The notes under the pieces are model-generated. The model was not told where the DNA came from, made no database searches, and worked only from the letters and a program-made list of their open reading frames with translations. 64,000 nt of DNA from Patescibacteria group bacterium (lineage in GTDB: Bacteria > Patescibacteriota > Minisyncoccia > Phycocordibacterales > Phycocordibacteraceae). This document shows, piece after piece, positions 1-7,403 of the stretch (positions are counted from its first letter, which is position 1; each line of letters opens with the position of its first letter). The stretch is from contig JAZKIU010000001.1 of NCBI GenBank assembly GCA_040384705.1, forward strand, positions 542,053 through 606,052, written 5' to 3'. Position numbers and translations under genes: made by a program.

Positions 1-585
1 CTCCTTACGTTCGATACCCTCGCACGGCCCCGCCGTATGGAATTCGAGCCTATAGATATCCGCACGATAGCCGAGACGGTGCTGCGCCGTCACCTGGCCC
101 TCGCCAAGGAGCGCGGCATACAGCTCGCCATGGATTCAGGGCGCCCGGCGTTCGTTGAAGGCAATCAGACGGCGCTCGAGCAGGTGCTCACGAACCTCGT
201 GAAGAACGCCATCAATTACACCCCGCAGCATAAGGGCGGGCTGGTGCGGGTGCTGGTCGAGCCCGATCCGAGTGGAAGTACCGTCGTTACGGTGGCTGAT
301 ACCGGTATCGGTATAGACCAGAAGGACCTCTTCCATATATTCGAGCCCTTCTATCGTGGCGACACCTCGAGGGCGCGCGGCGTGGGCTCAGGGACGTCGG
401 GCCTTGGTCTGGCCATCGTGAACGAGATAGTGCGCATGCATAAGGGCAGCATATCCATACGCAGCGCGGTCGGGCGCGGTACGGCCGTGAAGATAACGTT
501 CCCGCCGGCGAGCGGCAACGATTTCAAGAACCCGCTGACCGGCGAGCAGGCAGGGATGCACGAAGTATCATTGGATTTCTCATAA
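1..585 (+). CDS. Sensor histidine kinase, C-terminal HATPase_c domain (5'-truncated by window edge)
   Basis: N box (LTNLVKNAINY), G1 (DTGIG), F box (IFEPFY) and G2 (GLGLAIV). The frame is open from base 1. Confidence 0.92.
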   Translation, partial: LLTFDTLARPRRMEFEPIDIRTIAETVLRRHLALAKERGIQLAMDSGRPAFVEGNQTALEQVLTNLVKNAINYTPQHKGGLVRVLVEPDPSGSTVVTVADTGIGIDQKDLFHIFEPFYRGDTSRARGVGSGTSGLGLAIVNEIVRMHKGSISIRSAVGRGTAVKITFPPASGNDFKNPLTGEQAGMHEVSLDFS

Positions 586-642
586 AAGATTTACACAGGC
601 GATTTCATATTTCTTTCATATCCCGTTTCGTATAGTACCTGC

Positions 643-925
643 ACGAGGTCGAGGAGAGACGTGTGCGCACGGTCTCACCTTCCTCATACCTTAAGTTCTT
701 TCCCAGACCGGGCTCAACAACAGTTATGCATCGACGATTGCTACGCTTGCAACGACTAGATACGGGATTGTTGTTGACCCCGCGTCAGTAGCGTCCGCTA
801 TTCTCGAGATATGGCGCTACCGCATCCGTTTACAAGTCTGACGCTAATTTGAGCGCCCATATGAGACGGAAAAACGCTTAGTGGCCGGCCCGGCTTCGTA
901 CGAGTACGAAGCCGGGCCGGCCCTT
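643..925 (+). ncRNA. Candidate structured non-coding RNA
   Basis: TATAGT -10 at 631-636 and no convincing ORF. Stems at 656-660/672-676, 710-725/766-780, 782-788/838-844 and 788-795/813-820, then a terminal hairpin at 883-922. Confidence 0.45.
883..922. terminator. Perfect 19-bp inverted repeat, likely terminator between convergent units
   Basis: GGCCGGCCCGGCTTCGTAC-GA-GTACGAAGCCGGGCCGGCC. Confidence 0.7.
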
Positions 926-931
926 TGCCGT

Positions 932-1558
932 TCAATCCTTTATATGGAGGCCGAATACCCCGGAAAGATAGAGCGCTTGGCCGGTGGTTACGGTCACGTT
1001 CTCGATGCTCGCCTTGTCCAGGCTGATATCCTCGAGGTTGGAGCCCGGGAACTGCACGTCATCAAGCTTCCCGGAGAGGAATTGCGCGCCCGTGAGATTG
1101 CAGTTACGGAACTCCACCTGCTCGAGCTCGGCGCCCAGGAAATCGCAGCCAACCATCTCGCACTTATCGAACAATACTTCCTTAAGCTTGCTGAAGCGGA
1201 AGTTCGCGCCATCGAGCTTGGAGGAGGCGAAGTGCACGTCCTGGAGCGTTGACTCGGCGAGCGTCGTACCTTGGAAGCGCGTTGATTTTATTAATACGCG
1301 GTCGAGCCGGCATTCGTATAGCTCGGTGCCGGTGAAGCTGCATTTATCGAATATGCAGTCGGTGATATCGGCTTCCGCAGTGTTCGCACCATCGAAGCTG
1401 GTGCTTTCGACCACGCACTTATCAAGGGTGAGCTTCTCGATCTTTCGTTCATCGAAGGCGCCACCTACGAGGATGGACTCCTCCATATATATCTCAGCGC
1501 CTGCCTCGGGCATGGCGTGAGCCAATCTCTCGCGCTTAACGTCGGGCTTGCGGACCAT
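932..1558 (-). CDS. Pentapeptide repeat protein
   Basis: Continuous A(D/N)(L/F)xx-like five-residue repeats (e.g. ANFRFSKLKEVLFDKCEMVGCDFLGAELEQ). Confidence 0.9.
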   Translation of the reverse strand: MVRKPDVKRERLAHAMPEAGAEIYMEESILVGGAFDERKIEKLTLDKCVVESTSFDGANTAEADITDCIFDKCSFTGTELYECRLDRVLIKSTRFQGTTLAESTLQDVHFASSKLDGANFRFSKLKEVLFDKCEMVGCDFLGAELEQVEFRNCNLTGAQFLSGKLDDVQFPGSNLEDISLDKASIENVTVTTGQALYLSGVFGLHIKD

Positions 1559-1582
1559 TTCACTATTCTAGCGTATGAGTGA

Positions 1583-1600
1583 TGGGACGATGTTGGAGCC
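1583..1600 (+). repeat. Partial copy of the 28-bp cassette-boundary repeat
   Basis: TGGGACGATGTTGGAGCC matches the last 18 nt of the repeat with 1 mismatch. Confidence 0.75.
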
Positions 1601-1625
1601 GTAATTGTAAGGTGGTAGTTTGGTA

Positions 1626-1761
1626 TGGGTGCTTGAGCAACCCCAGCGAGGTGATCGGATCAGTATGCCGACCCAAGGCTGTAAGCCAGTGATTATGAGT
1701 GGCCTCGCCGTTAGGTAAGGAAACTCGTCCTGAACGGGACTAACTGGTGCTCAAGCACCCA
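1626..1761 (+). ncRNA. Candidate structured RNA carried as cassette 1
   Basis: Perfect 14-bp closing stem 1626-1639/1748-1761. Internal stems GCGAGG/CCTCGC, TCGG/CCGA, GGC/GCC around TGTAA, GTTAG/CTAAC and GTCC/GGAC. TG-TAGTTT -10-like motif at 1613-1621, and a terminator follows. Confidence 0.6.
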
Positions 1762-1765
1762 CCCT

Positions 1766-1790
1766 ACGCACCACTGCTGGTGCGTTTTTT
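1766..1790 (+). terminator. Rho-independent terminator
   Basis: ACGCACCA-CTGC-TGGTGCGT followed by a T run. Confidence 0.8.
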
Positions 1791-1804
1791 GTAATCACAA
1801 GGTA

Positions 1805-1832
1805 GCTGGGGGTCTGAGACGATGTTGGAACT
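1805..1832 (+). repeat. 28-bp cassette-boundary direct repeat, copy 1
   Basis: GCTGGGGGTCTGAGACGATGTTGGAACT (26/28 identical to copy 2). Confidence 0.93.
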
Positions 1833-1946
1833 CATATACGATTCCGGATCCGAATTTGAATAGATTGATAGTTGACATATACCTCTTAATATGCTTTTAT
1901 CTTTGCGAAGTACTTTGTTCCAAGACAATAGACATGAGGATGTGTC

Positions 1947-2342
1947 ATGACTTCTCCTTTCAGTGAACACGAAGAGGGATGTGCTCCGCTTCGCCCCTGC
2001 CGCAGCTGCCAAGCTGTGACCTTTCTGAAATCAAAGCTGAACAGCCGAGACTTCTCGGCCTTCATGGGTCTTTGCGGAGTGAGTGTGCCACCCGTGAAGA
2101 CGGAAGACCTCGCTCGCTCGCTCGAGGAGCTCAATTTTTCCGCTCGGACCTTCAACTGCCTGAGGAACGACAACATCAAGACCGTCGGTGACCTCGTTCG
2201 TCAAACGGAAGAAGGCCTGCTTCGAATGCCGAACTTCGGACGTCACGGTCTTGCGGAAATCAAAGAGACGCTGTCCAGTATCGGCCACTGTCTCGGTGAA
2301 CTTCCCTTCGAACCGAGGGTTGTGGCCGACGCTAGCAGCTAG
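1947..2342 (+). CDS. Stand-alone RNA polymerase alpha-CTD domain protein with Cys/His-rich N-terminus
   Basis: LEELNFSARTFNCLRNDNIKTVGDLVRQTEEGLLRMPNFGRHGLAEIKETL is the RNA_pol_A_CTD signature. GAGGA SD upstream and TTGACA at 1872-1877. Confidence 0.85.
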   Translation: MTSPFSEHEEGCAPLRPCRSCQAVTFLKSKLNSRDFSAFMGLCGVSVPPVKTEDLARSLEELNFSARTFNCLRNDNIKTVGDLVRQTEEGLLRMPNFGRHGLAEIKETLSSIGHCLGELPFEPRVVADASS

Positions 2343-2452
2343 CCTAGGGCATCCGGCACGACTCGTAACAAAACCACCCCGCATTTGGATAATGCGGGGT
2401 GAACTTTTTATACAAGGGTTCGAGAATGCTCCAGCCAGTGGGGCTGAGCAGT

Positions 2453-2480
2453 GCTGGGGGTCTGGGACGATGTTGGAACC
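2453..2480 (+). repeat. 28-bp cassette-boundary direct repeat, copy 2
   Basis: GCTGGGGGTCTGGGACGATGTTGGAACC. Confidence 0.95.
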
Positions 2481-2492
2481 ACTGCGGATATG

Positions 2493-2521
2493 TTGACATA
2501 TACTATTATTTGATATATAAT
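2493..2521 (+). promoter_or_regulatory. Consensus sigma70 promoter inside cassette 3
   Basis: TTGACA-17 nt-TATAAT. Confidence 0.85.
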
Positions 2522-2550
2522 GGTATTGGAATTGGAAATGGAGAAGAGCG

Positions 2551-3156
2551 ATGTTCCAAGCAATCAAAGATTGGTGGTACAAGCGCCAATCCAAACAGTA
2601 TGCCCGGCTAGTCGTCAAACGGGTGAGGACACAGCCTGAGTCAGGAAATGTGCTTTCTGAACTGGTCTCCCTTAAGCAGGCGATTAAGTTCTGGGGCCTA
2701 ACGTTTACCGACGCAGGCATCACCGAAACTGAATTCAATGCCCTGTGGGAAGAAGCGGTAACACAGAAAGCCCTTAATAGAGACAAATATATCTCCCACA
2801 CGCTACGCGTGTTACGGAAAGAGATCTCTCCCAACCTGTGGCCTCAAATGTCAGAGTGGGGTGCGTTTGAAACGGATCCGTTCTGGCTCGAAGGCCAGAT
2901 CAAAGAATCGGGCCGCTCTCTTGAAGAGTACGGTACCTCGCCCGAAGAGCTTCATCGCTTTCAACGAGAGTGGCACAAGAAGAGCGCTGCTGAAACACTC
3001 GACGAGCTGCGATACAGAACGAGCTACGAACGTCACGGGATGCTGATGAGCATGCTCGTAGAGCACCTTCAGAAGGGCGAACTACCGCCAGAAGAAATCG
3101 GCACTACCCGGGAAGAAATCGAGCAACTTAGGGTTAAGCTCTACGCCAAGCCCTAG
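2551..3156 (+). CDS. Hypothetical protein with three internal helical repeats
   Basis: 201-aa ORF with GGAG SD, own promoter and terminator. Repeats TDAGITETEF, EEYGTSPEEL and EEIGTTREEI. Confidence 0.8.
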   Translation: MFQAIKDWWYKRQSKQYARLVVKRVRTQPESGNVLSELVSLKQAIKFWGLTFTDAGITETEFNALWEEAVTQKALNRDKYISHTLRVLRKEISPNLWPQMSEWGAFETDPFWLEGQIKESGRSLEEYGTSPEELHRFQREWHKKSAAETLDELRYRTSYERHGMLMSMLVEHLQKGELPPEEIGTTREEIEQLRVKLYAKP

Positions 3157-3162
3157 AATACT

Positions 3163-3199
3163 CCGTTCGACAAAGCAATTTGTCGGACGGTTTCTTTTT
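3163..3199 (+). terminator. Rho-independent terminator
   Basis: CCGTTCGACAAA-GCAA-TTTGTCGGACGG followed by TTTCTTTTT. Confidence 0.8.
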
Positions 3200-3210
3200 G
3201 TCTTAAAATT

Positions 3211-3238
3211 GCTGGGGGTCTGGGACGATATTGGAACC
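3211..3238 (+). repeat. 28-bp cassette-boundary direct repeat, copy 3
   Basis: GCTGGGGGTCTGGGACGATATTGGAACC (27/28 identical to copy 2). Confidence 0.95.
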
Positions 3239-3246
3239 GTCCTGAG

Positions 3247-3591
3247 CTAATTCCCCACTGTTACGTATACCAAACACACGAGACCAAAGACCGCTGCCCA
3301 TACCACTGCCGCAGAAGCAAAATCCTTGCTCCGTCCAATTGCTTCATCGTGCGTGGGATGGATTTTAGTAAGTGCCGTCTCGATGGCCGAGTTCTGAAGC
3401 TCGGTAACGACAACGAAGAACCAGCTGAATACGAGCAGCAACACCTCACCTGCTGTGAGGTTGAATATGAAATAAACGATAGGGAGTCCTATGACCAGTA
3501 GTGCTGTCTCGATACGAATTGCGTCATCGTGTAGGAACCCGTACTTCAATCCTCGAAATGGATGCGATAGTCGCTTGATCCAATACTCCAT
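3247..3591 (-). CDS. dgkA: Diacylglycerol/undecaprenol kinase (DgkA family)
   Basis: Three TM helices with ELQNSAIE and GRSKDFASAAV motifs. Confidence 0.88.
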   Translation of the reverse strand: MEYWIKRLSHPFRGLKYGFLHDDAIRIETALLVIGLPIVYFIFNLTAGEVLLLVFSWFFVVVTELQNSAIETALTKIHPTHDEAIGRSKDFASAAVVWAAVFGLVCLVYVTVGN

Positions 3592-3609
3592 AGAATCAGT
3601 ATATCTCTA

Positions 3610-3636
3610 GCTGGGAGATTAGGTTTCGAACCTTAG
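3610..3636 (-). other. tRNA 3'-end-like fragment (T-arm plus acceptor 3' strand), putative att remnant
   Basis: Reverse complement CTAAGGTTCGAAACCTAATCTCCCAGC resembles GGTTCGAATCC...CCCAGC of tRNA-Gln. It shares GCTGGG...GAACC ends with the 28-bp repeat. No 5' half of a tRNA is present. Confidence 0.55.
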
Positions 3637-3637
3637 C

Positions 3638-4414
3638 TTACGACTTAATCCCTGCGCCCTTGTGGAAGAGATAGAGCGTCACGATGAACGCGACAAGAGT
3701 GAGTCCTCCCATGACCCCGAACGCGAGCGAGAGCGGTACGTCAGAGATACCGAGGAATCCGTAGCGGAATGCATTCACCATGTAGAGGATTGGGTTGAAC
3801 AAGGAGACGATGCGGAAGAACTCCGGCAGCTGGTCGATGGAGTAGAAGATACCGCCAAGGTACGTAAGCGGGGTGAGCACGAAGGTCGGCACGATGTTGA
3901 TGGCATCGAACGACTTTGCATAGATGGCATTGATGAGACCGAGGAGCGAGAACAGGAGCGCGGTAAGGAACGCTGCCCCGAAGACGACCGCCATCGAGAA
4001 CAGGGTCAGGTGCGTGAAGAAGAGGGAGACCGCGATAACGATGACGCCCACGAGGAAGGCACGAAGCACGCCTCCCGACACATAGCCTGCAACGACGGTC
4101 CACGACGGCATCGGCGACACGAGTATCTCATGAATGGTCTTGAGCCACTTCGCGAAATAGAAGGTGGAGACGGTATTCATGTAGGAGCTCGTGATGACGG
4201 ACATCATGACGAGGCCCGGCACGATGAACTGTATGTACGGGAACCCGTCGATTGCGTCCACCTGGCTCCCGATGAACGTACCGAATATGGCGAAGTAGAG
4301 CGCCATGGTGATAGCGGGCGGAAGCAGCGTCTGGGACCAGATGCGTATGATGCGCATGAAGTCCTTGCGGACCATGGTGTAGTAACCGATGAGGATTGGA
4401 GAGCGGGTAGCCAT
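3638..4414 (-). CDS. ABC-2 type transporter permease (YadH-like)
   Basis: RIWSQTLLPP, YIQFIVPGL and NPILYMVNAFRYGFLG motifs; six TM segments. Confidence 0.92.
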   Translation of the reverse strand: MATRSPILIGYYTMVRKDFMRIIRIWSQTLLPPAITMALYFAIFGTFIGSQVDAIDGFPYIQFIVPGLVMMSVITSSYMNTVSTFYFAKWLKTIHEILVSPMPSWTVVAGYVSGGVLRAFLVGVIVIAVSLFFTHLTLFSMAVVFGAAFLTALLFSLLGLINAIYAKSFDAINIVPTFVLTPLTYLGGIFYSIDQLPEFFRIVSLFNPILYMVNAFRYGFLGISDVPLSLAFGVMGGLTLVAFIVTLYLFHKGAGIKS

Positions 4415-4415
4415 A

Positions 4416-5357
4416 TTATTTCTTTATGAGGTTCACGAATACTTCTTCGAGGCGGCTTCCGCTGTTGCGGATGTTCGCTATCTGGATGCCATTGGCCGAT
4501 ATCTTGCGCATGGCGTCGTTCACGGTCTCGCCCGGCTTAAGCGTTATCTCGAGCGTATTCTCGTCGGTACGCTTCACGTTGAGGTCGCGGAGCAATACCA
4601 TCGTCGCGTCCTTTATCGGCTCAGTGGCGTCGAGGATGAGCGTGACGTAGTTGAGCTTAGTGACGAGCTCCTTCACGGTCCCCTCCTCGATGATGACGCC
4701 CCCATTGATGATGGCGACCCGATTCGCGAGCATTTCAGCCTCCTCGAGGTAGTGGGTAGTGAGCACGATGGTGGTGCCGGAAGCCGATAGCTCGCGGAGG
4801 AAGTCCCACATCCCGCGACGCAGCTCGACGTCGACGCCTGCGGTCGGCTCGTCGAGAAGGAGCACCTTCGGCTCGTGGATGAGCGCGCGGGCGATGAGGA
4901 GACGACGCTTCATGCCTCCTGAGAGGTGCTGGGCCTGCGCATCCTTCTTCTCCCAGAGCCCGAGGTCCTTGAGAATCTTCTCCGCGCGCACGAGCGCGTC
5001 TGCACGGCTCACGCCGTAGTATCCGGCCTGGGTGACGATGATATTGATGACCTTCTCGAAGATATCGAAGTTGAACTCCTGGGGCACGAGACCGATATAC
5101 GACTTCGCTTTGTCGGGGTTCGTCGTCGCATCCACTCCGTGAATCTCGACCGTCCCCTCGCTCTTGTTCACGAGGCCCGAAAGTATGCCGATGAGGGTCG
5201 TCTTTCCGGCGCCGTTAGGGCCAAGGAGCGCAAGGAACTCGCCCTCTTTGACCGAGAGCGACACGCCCTTCAGGGCTTCTACGGGCGGCTGCTTCTTATC
5301 GGCTGGATAGGTCTTCGTGAGGTCGGTTACATGGATCGCATTGGTCTTTTCTGGCAT
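4416..5357 (-). CDS. ABC transporter ATP-binding protein (YadG-like)
   Basis: Walker A GPNGAGKT, signature LSGGMKRR and Walker B LLLDEPT. Start moved to MPEKT. Confidence 0.93.
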   Translation of the reverse strand: MPEKTNAIHVTDLTKTYPADKKQPPVEALKGVSLSVKEGEFLALLGPNGAGKTTLIGILSGLVNKSEGTVEIHGVDATTNPDKAKSYIGLVPQEFNFDIFEKVINIIVTQAGYYGVSRADALVRAEKILKDLGLWEKKDAQAQHLSGGMKRRLLIARALIHEPKVLLLDEPTAGVDVELRRGMWDFLRELSASGTTIVLTTHYLEEAEMLANRVAIINGGVIIEEGTVKELVTKLNYVTLILDATEPIKDATMVLLRDLNVKRTDENTLEITLKPGETVNDAMRKISANGIQIANIRNSGSRLEEVFVNLIKK

Positions 5358-5405
5358 AGATAGAGCGATTATATCATCGGCCGTAGAACAAGCTATTATG
5401 TGCAT

Positions 5406-5852
5406 ATGTCGGCCTTCCGCTCGCCTGCTTTCGTTCGATTCCTTCGCTATGCAGGCGTAGGCGTGACTACGCTCGCGTTCGATCTGCTCCTGCTCGCGTT
5501 CGTCATCGAGGTCTTCCATATCCCCTACTACACGGCGGTGCCGCTCTGCTTCGCTATCGCGGTCTCCATCAACTACCTCATCAGTCGCTTTCATGTCTTC
5601 CAGGGCACGACGCGGAGTCTCCATGCCGGCTACTTCTATTTCATCCTCTCGGCTGGAACGGGTGCCGTACTCACCACGAGCGGCGTCGCGCTCCTCGTCG
5701 AGCTTCTGGGCTTCCACTACCTCCCCGCTCGCCTCCTGGTCGCTGGGTTCGTCGGCATATTGAACTACCTCCTGAACCTGCATTTCAACTTCAAGGTCGT
5801 CGGACTGCATCCATCTCGGGAAAATATGAAGAAAGTGGTGGATATCCCATAG
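5406..5852 (+). CDS. GtrA family membrane protein
   Basis: RFLRYAGVG start, NYLISRFHVF, four TM segments. Confidence 0.85.
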   Translation: MSAFRSPAFVRFLRYAGVGVTTLAFDLLLLAFVIEVFHIPYYTAVPLCFAIAVSINYLISRFHVFQGTTRSLHAGYFYFILSAGTGAVLTTSGVALLVELLGFHYLPARLLVAGFVGILNYLLNLHFNFKVVGLHPSRENMKKVVDIP

Positions 5853-5888
5853 GGAGAAACGGCACCAGCACGCTATTCTGGAAGGAGC

Positions 5889-6236
5889 ATGCTCGAAAAC
5901 CACCACAAAGAAGACCGTCCCTGGGGCTCATTCGAACGATTCACCTCGAACGAGCCAGCGACGGTGAAAATACTCCACGTGGAAGCGGGGAAGCGCTTCT
6001 CGCTCCAGAAGCACGCACACCGCGCGGAGTACTGGCGCGTCATCGAGGGCTCCGGTCGCGCTACTTCCGGTGACACCGTGCAGGATGTGGCGGTCGGCGA
6101 CACTATAGAGATACCGGTGGGTGCCGCGCACCGGCTTGAGGGCGGCCCTGAGGGTGTACGAGTGCTTGAAATAGCGCTCGGTCATTTCGATGAAGGAGAT
6201 ATCGAACGACTCGAGGACGACTTCGGGCGCACCTAA
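5889..6236 (+). CDS. Mannose-6-phosphate isomerase type II C-terminal cupin
   Basis: RPWG, SLQKHAHRAEYW and EGDIERLEDDFGR motifs. Confidence 0.9.
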   Translation: MLENHHKEDRPWGSFERFTSNEPATVKILHVEAGKRFSLQKHAHRAEYWRVIEGSGRATSGDTVQDVAVGDTIEIPVGAAHRLEGGPEGVRVLEIALGHFDEGDIERLEDDFGRT

Positions 6237-6241
6237 GAGCC

Positions 6242-7396
6242 ATGACCGAGATAACGCTCCTTCTCGTACACGTAAGCGCGCTTGCGATAACGCTTCTATT
6301 CCTCTTGGGAGCGTGGGAGGTGCTGCGTTCCGATAACCTCAAGGCGCGTGTCCGGGCGGTGCTCGATGCGCTCGGCCTCAAGCGTGTGGACCATAACCCG
6401 ATACTCTCGCGTACGAACTACGCATGGGAAGCGGAAGCGGTAATGAATCCGGCCGCGGTCGAGGTCGGTGACCGTACGCATCTCTTCTATCGCGCTATCG
6501 GGAACGATGGCGTGTCCCGCATTGGCTATGCATCGTCTGGAAACGGAACGCATTTCGATGAGCGACTCCCCTATCCCGTGTTCGCGCTCACTAATGCGCA
6601 GAGGCAACCGGCAAGCGCTCGCTCTAGGATGGAAAAGGAACATCCGGAGCTCGTAGCGTCGGGCGGCAGCTGGGCTGGGTGCGAGGATCCACGGGCCGTG
6701 GTCATCGAAGACCGCGTCTACCTCTCTTTCAACGCGTTCTCCGATTGGGGTTCGCTTCGTATAGGCGTGACATCCCTTTCGCTTCCCGACCTCGCAGCGA
6801 AGCGATGGAACTGGAAGCGACCCGTCTTCCTGTCTCCACCTAATACCGTGCAGAAGAATTGGGTCCTGTTCCCGAAGAAGATAAACGGGAAATTCGCGAT
6901 GTTCCAGGGATTGGAATTCCAGAACCGCGATAAAGCGCAGATAGCATATCTCGATACGCTCGACCGCGAGCCAAACGAGTATCTCGATAGCGACGCACGC
7001 TTCAGGAACAACGAATCCTATTCGACCGTATGGGACAGCCGTATACGCGGCGCAGCTACCCCTCCTATCGAGACGCCGCATGGTTGGCTCACCCTCTACC
7101 ACGCGAACGATGCGCGCGAACCAGAGCGCTATAAGATAGGCGCGATGCTGCTCGACCTTCTCGATCCTTCTAAGGTGCTGCTGCGCTCTCCGGCACCCAT
7201 ACTCGAGCCGGATGCGCACTACGAGAACGATGGTAAGCCAGGCATCGTGTACGCGTGCGGGGCGACGGTGCGCGATGGCCAGCTCCGCGTGTATTACGGC
7301 GGCGGCGACAAGACGGTCTGCACCGCCTCCACCCCCCTCGCTTCTTTCATGAAGACGCTTCTAGCTAATAAAACGCCACGACTGGCGCTCGCATAG
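6242..7396 (+). CDS. GH130-family glycosidase/phosphorylase with N-terminal TM anchor
   Basis: NPAA, LFYRA, GCEDPRA, KNWVLFP and YYGGGD motifs. Confidence 0.85.
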   Translation: MTEITLLLVHVSALAITLLFLLGAWEVLRSDNLKARVRAVLDALGLKRVDHNPILSRTNYAWEAEAVMNPAAVEVGDRTHLFYRAIGNDGVSRIGYASSGNGTHFDERLPYPVFALTNAQRQPASARSRMEKEHPELVASGGSWAGCEDPRAVVIEDRVYLSFNAFSDWGSLRIGVTSLSLPDLAAKRWNWKRPVFLSPPNTVQKNWVLFPKKINGKFAMFQGLEFQNRDKAQIAYLDTLDREPNEYLDSDARFRNNESYSTVWDSRIRGAATPPIETPHGWLTLYHANDAREPERYKIGAMLLDLLDPSKVLLRSPAPILEPDAHYENDGKPGIVYACGATVRDGQLRVYYGGGDKTVCTASTPLASFMKTLLANKTPRLALA

Positions 7397-7403
7397 ATTC
7401 CGT

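Noticed and set aside
1626-1761. Hammerhead ribozyme, or glycine or cobalamin riboswitch
   Set aside because: Only short partial resemblances (GAAAC, CTGTAA). The CUGANGA core and riboswitch consensus are absent, and no gene lies downstream within the unit.
1583-3238. 28-bp repeats as a CRISPR array
   Set aside because: Intervals are 204-730 bp and contain whole genes; no cas genes are in the window.
1805-3238. Repeats as classical integron attC sites
   Set aside because: They are too short and have no RYYYAAC inverse core or long palindrome. The cassettes carry their own promoters and no intI is seen.
3610-3690. Complete tRNA gene
   Set aside because: Only a T-arm/acceptor-like 3' piece is present; the rest would fall inside the permease CDS and does not form a cloverleaf.
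5358-5906. 183-aa N-terminal extension of the ABC ATPase ORF
   Set aside because: It overlaps the GtrA gene on the opposite strand; a -10 box and ATG at 5357 give a normal-length protein.
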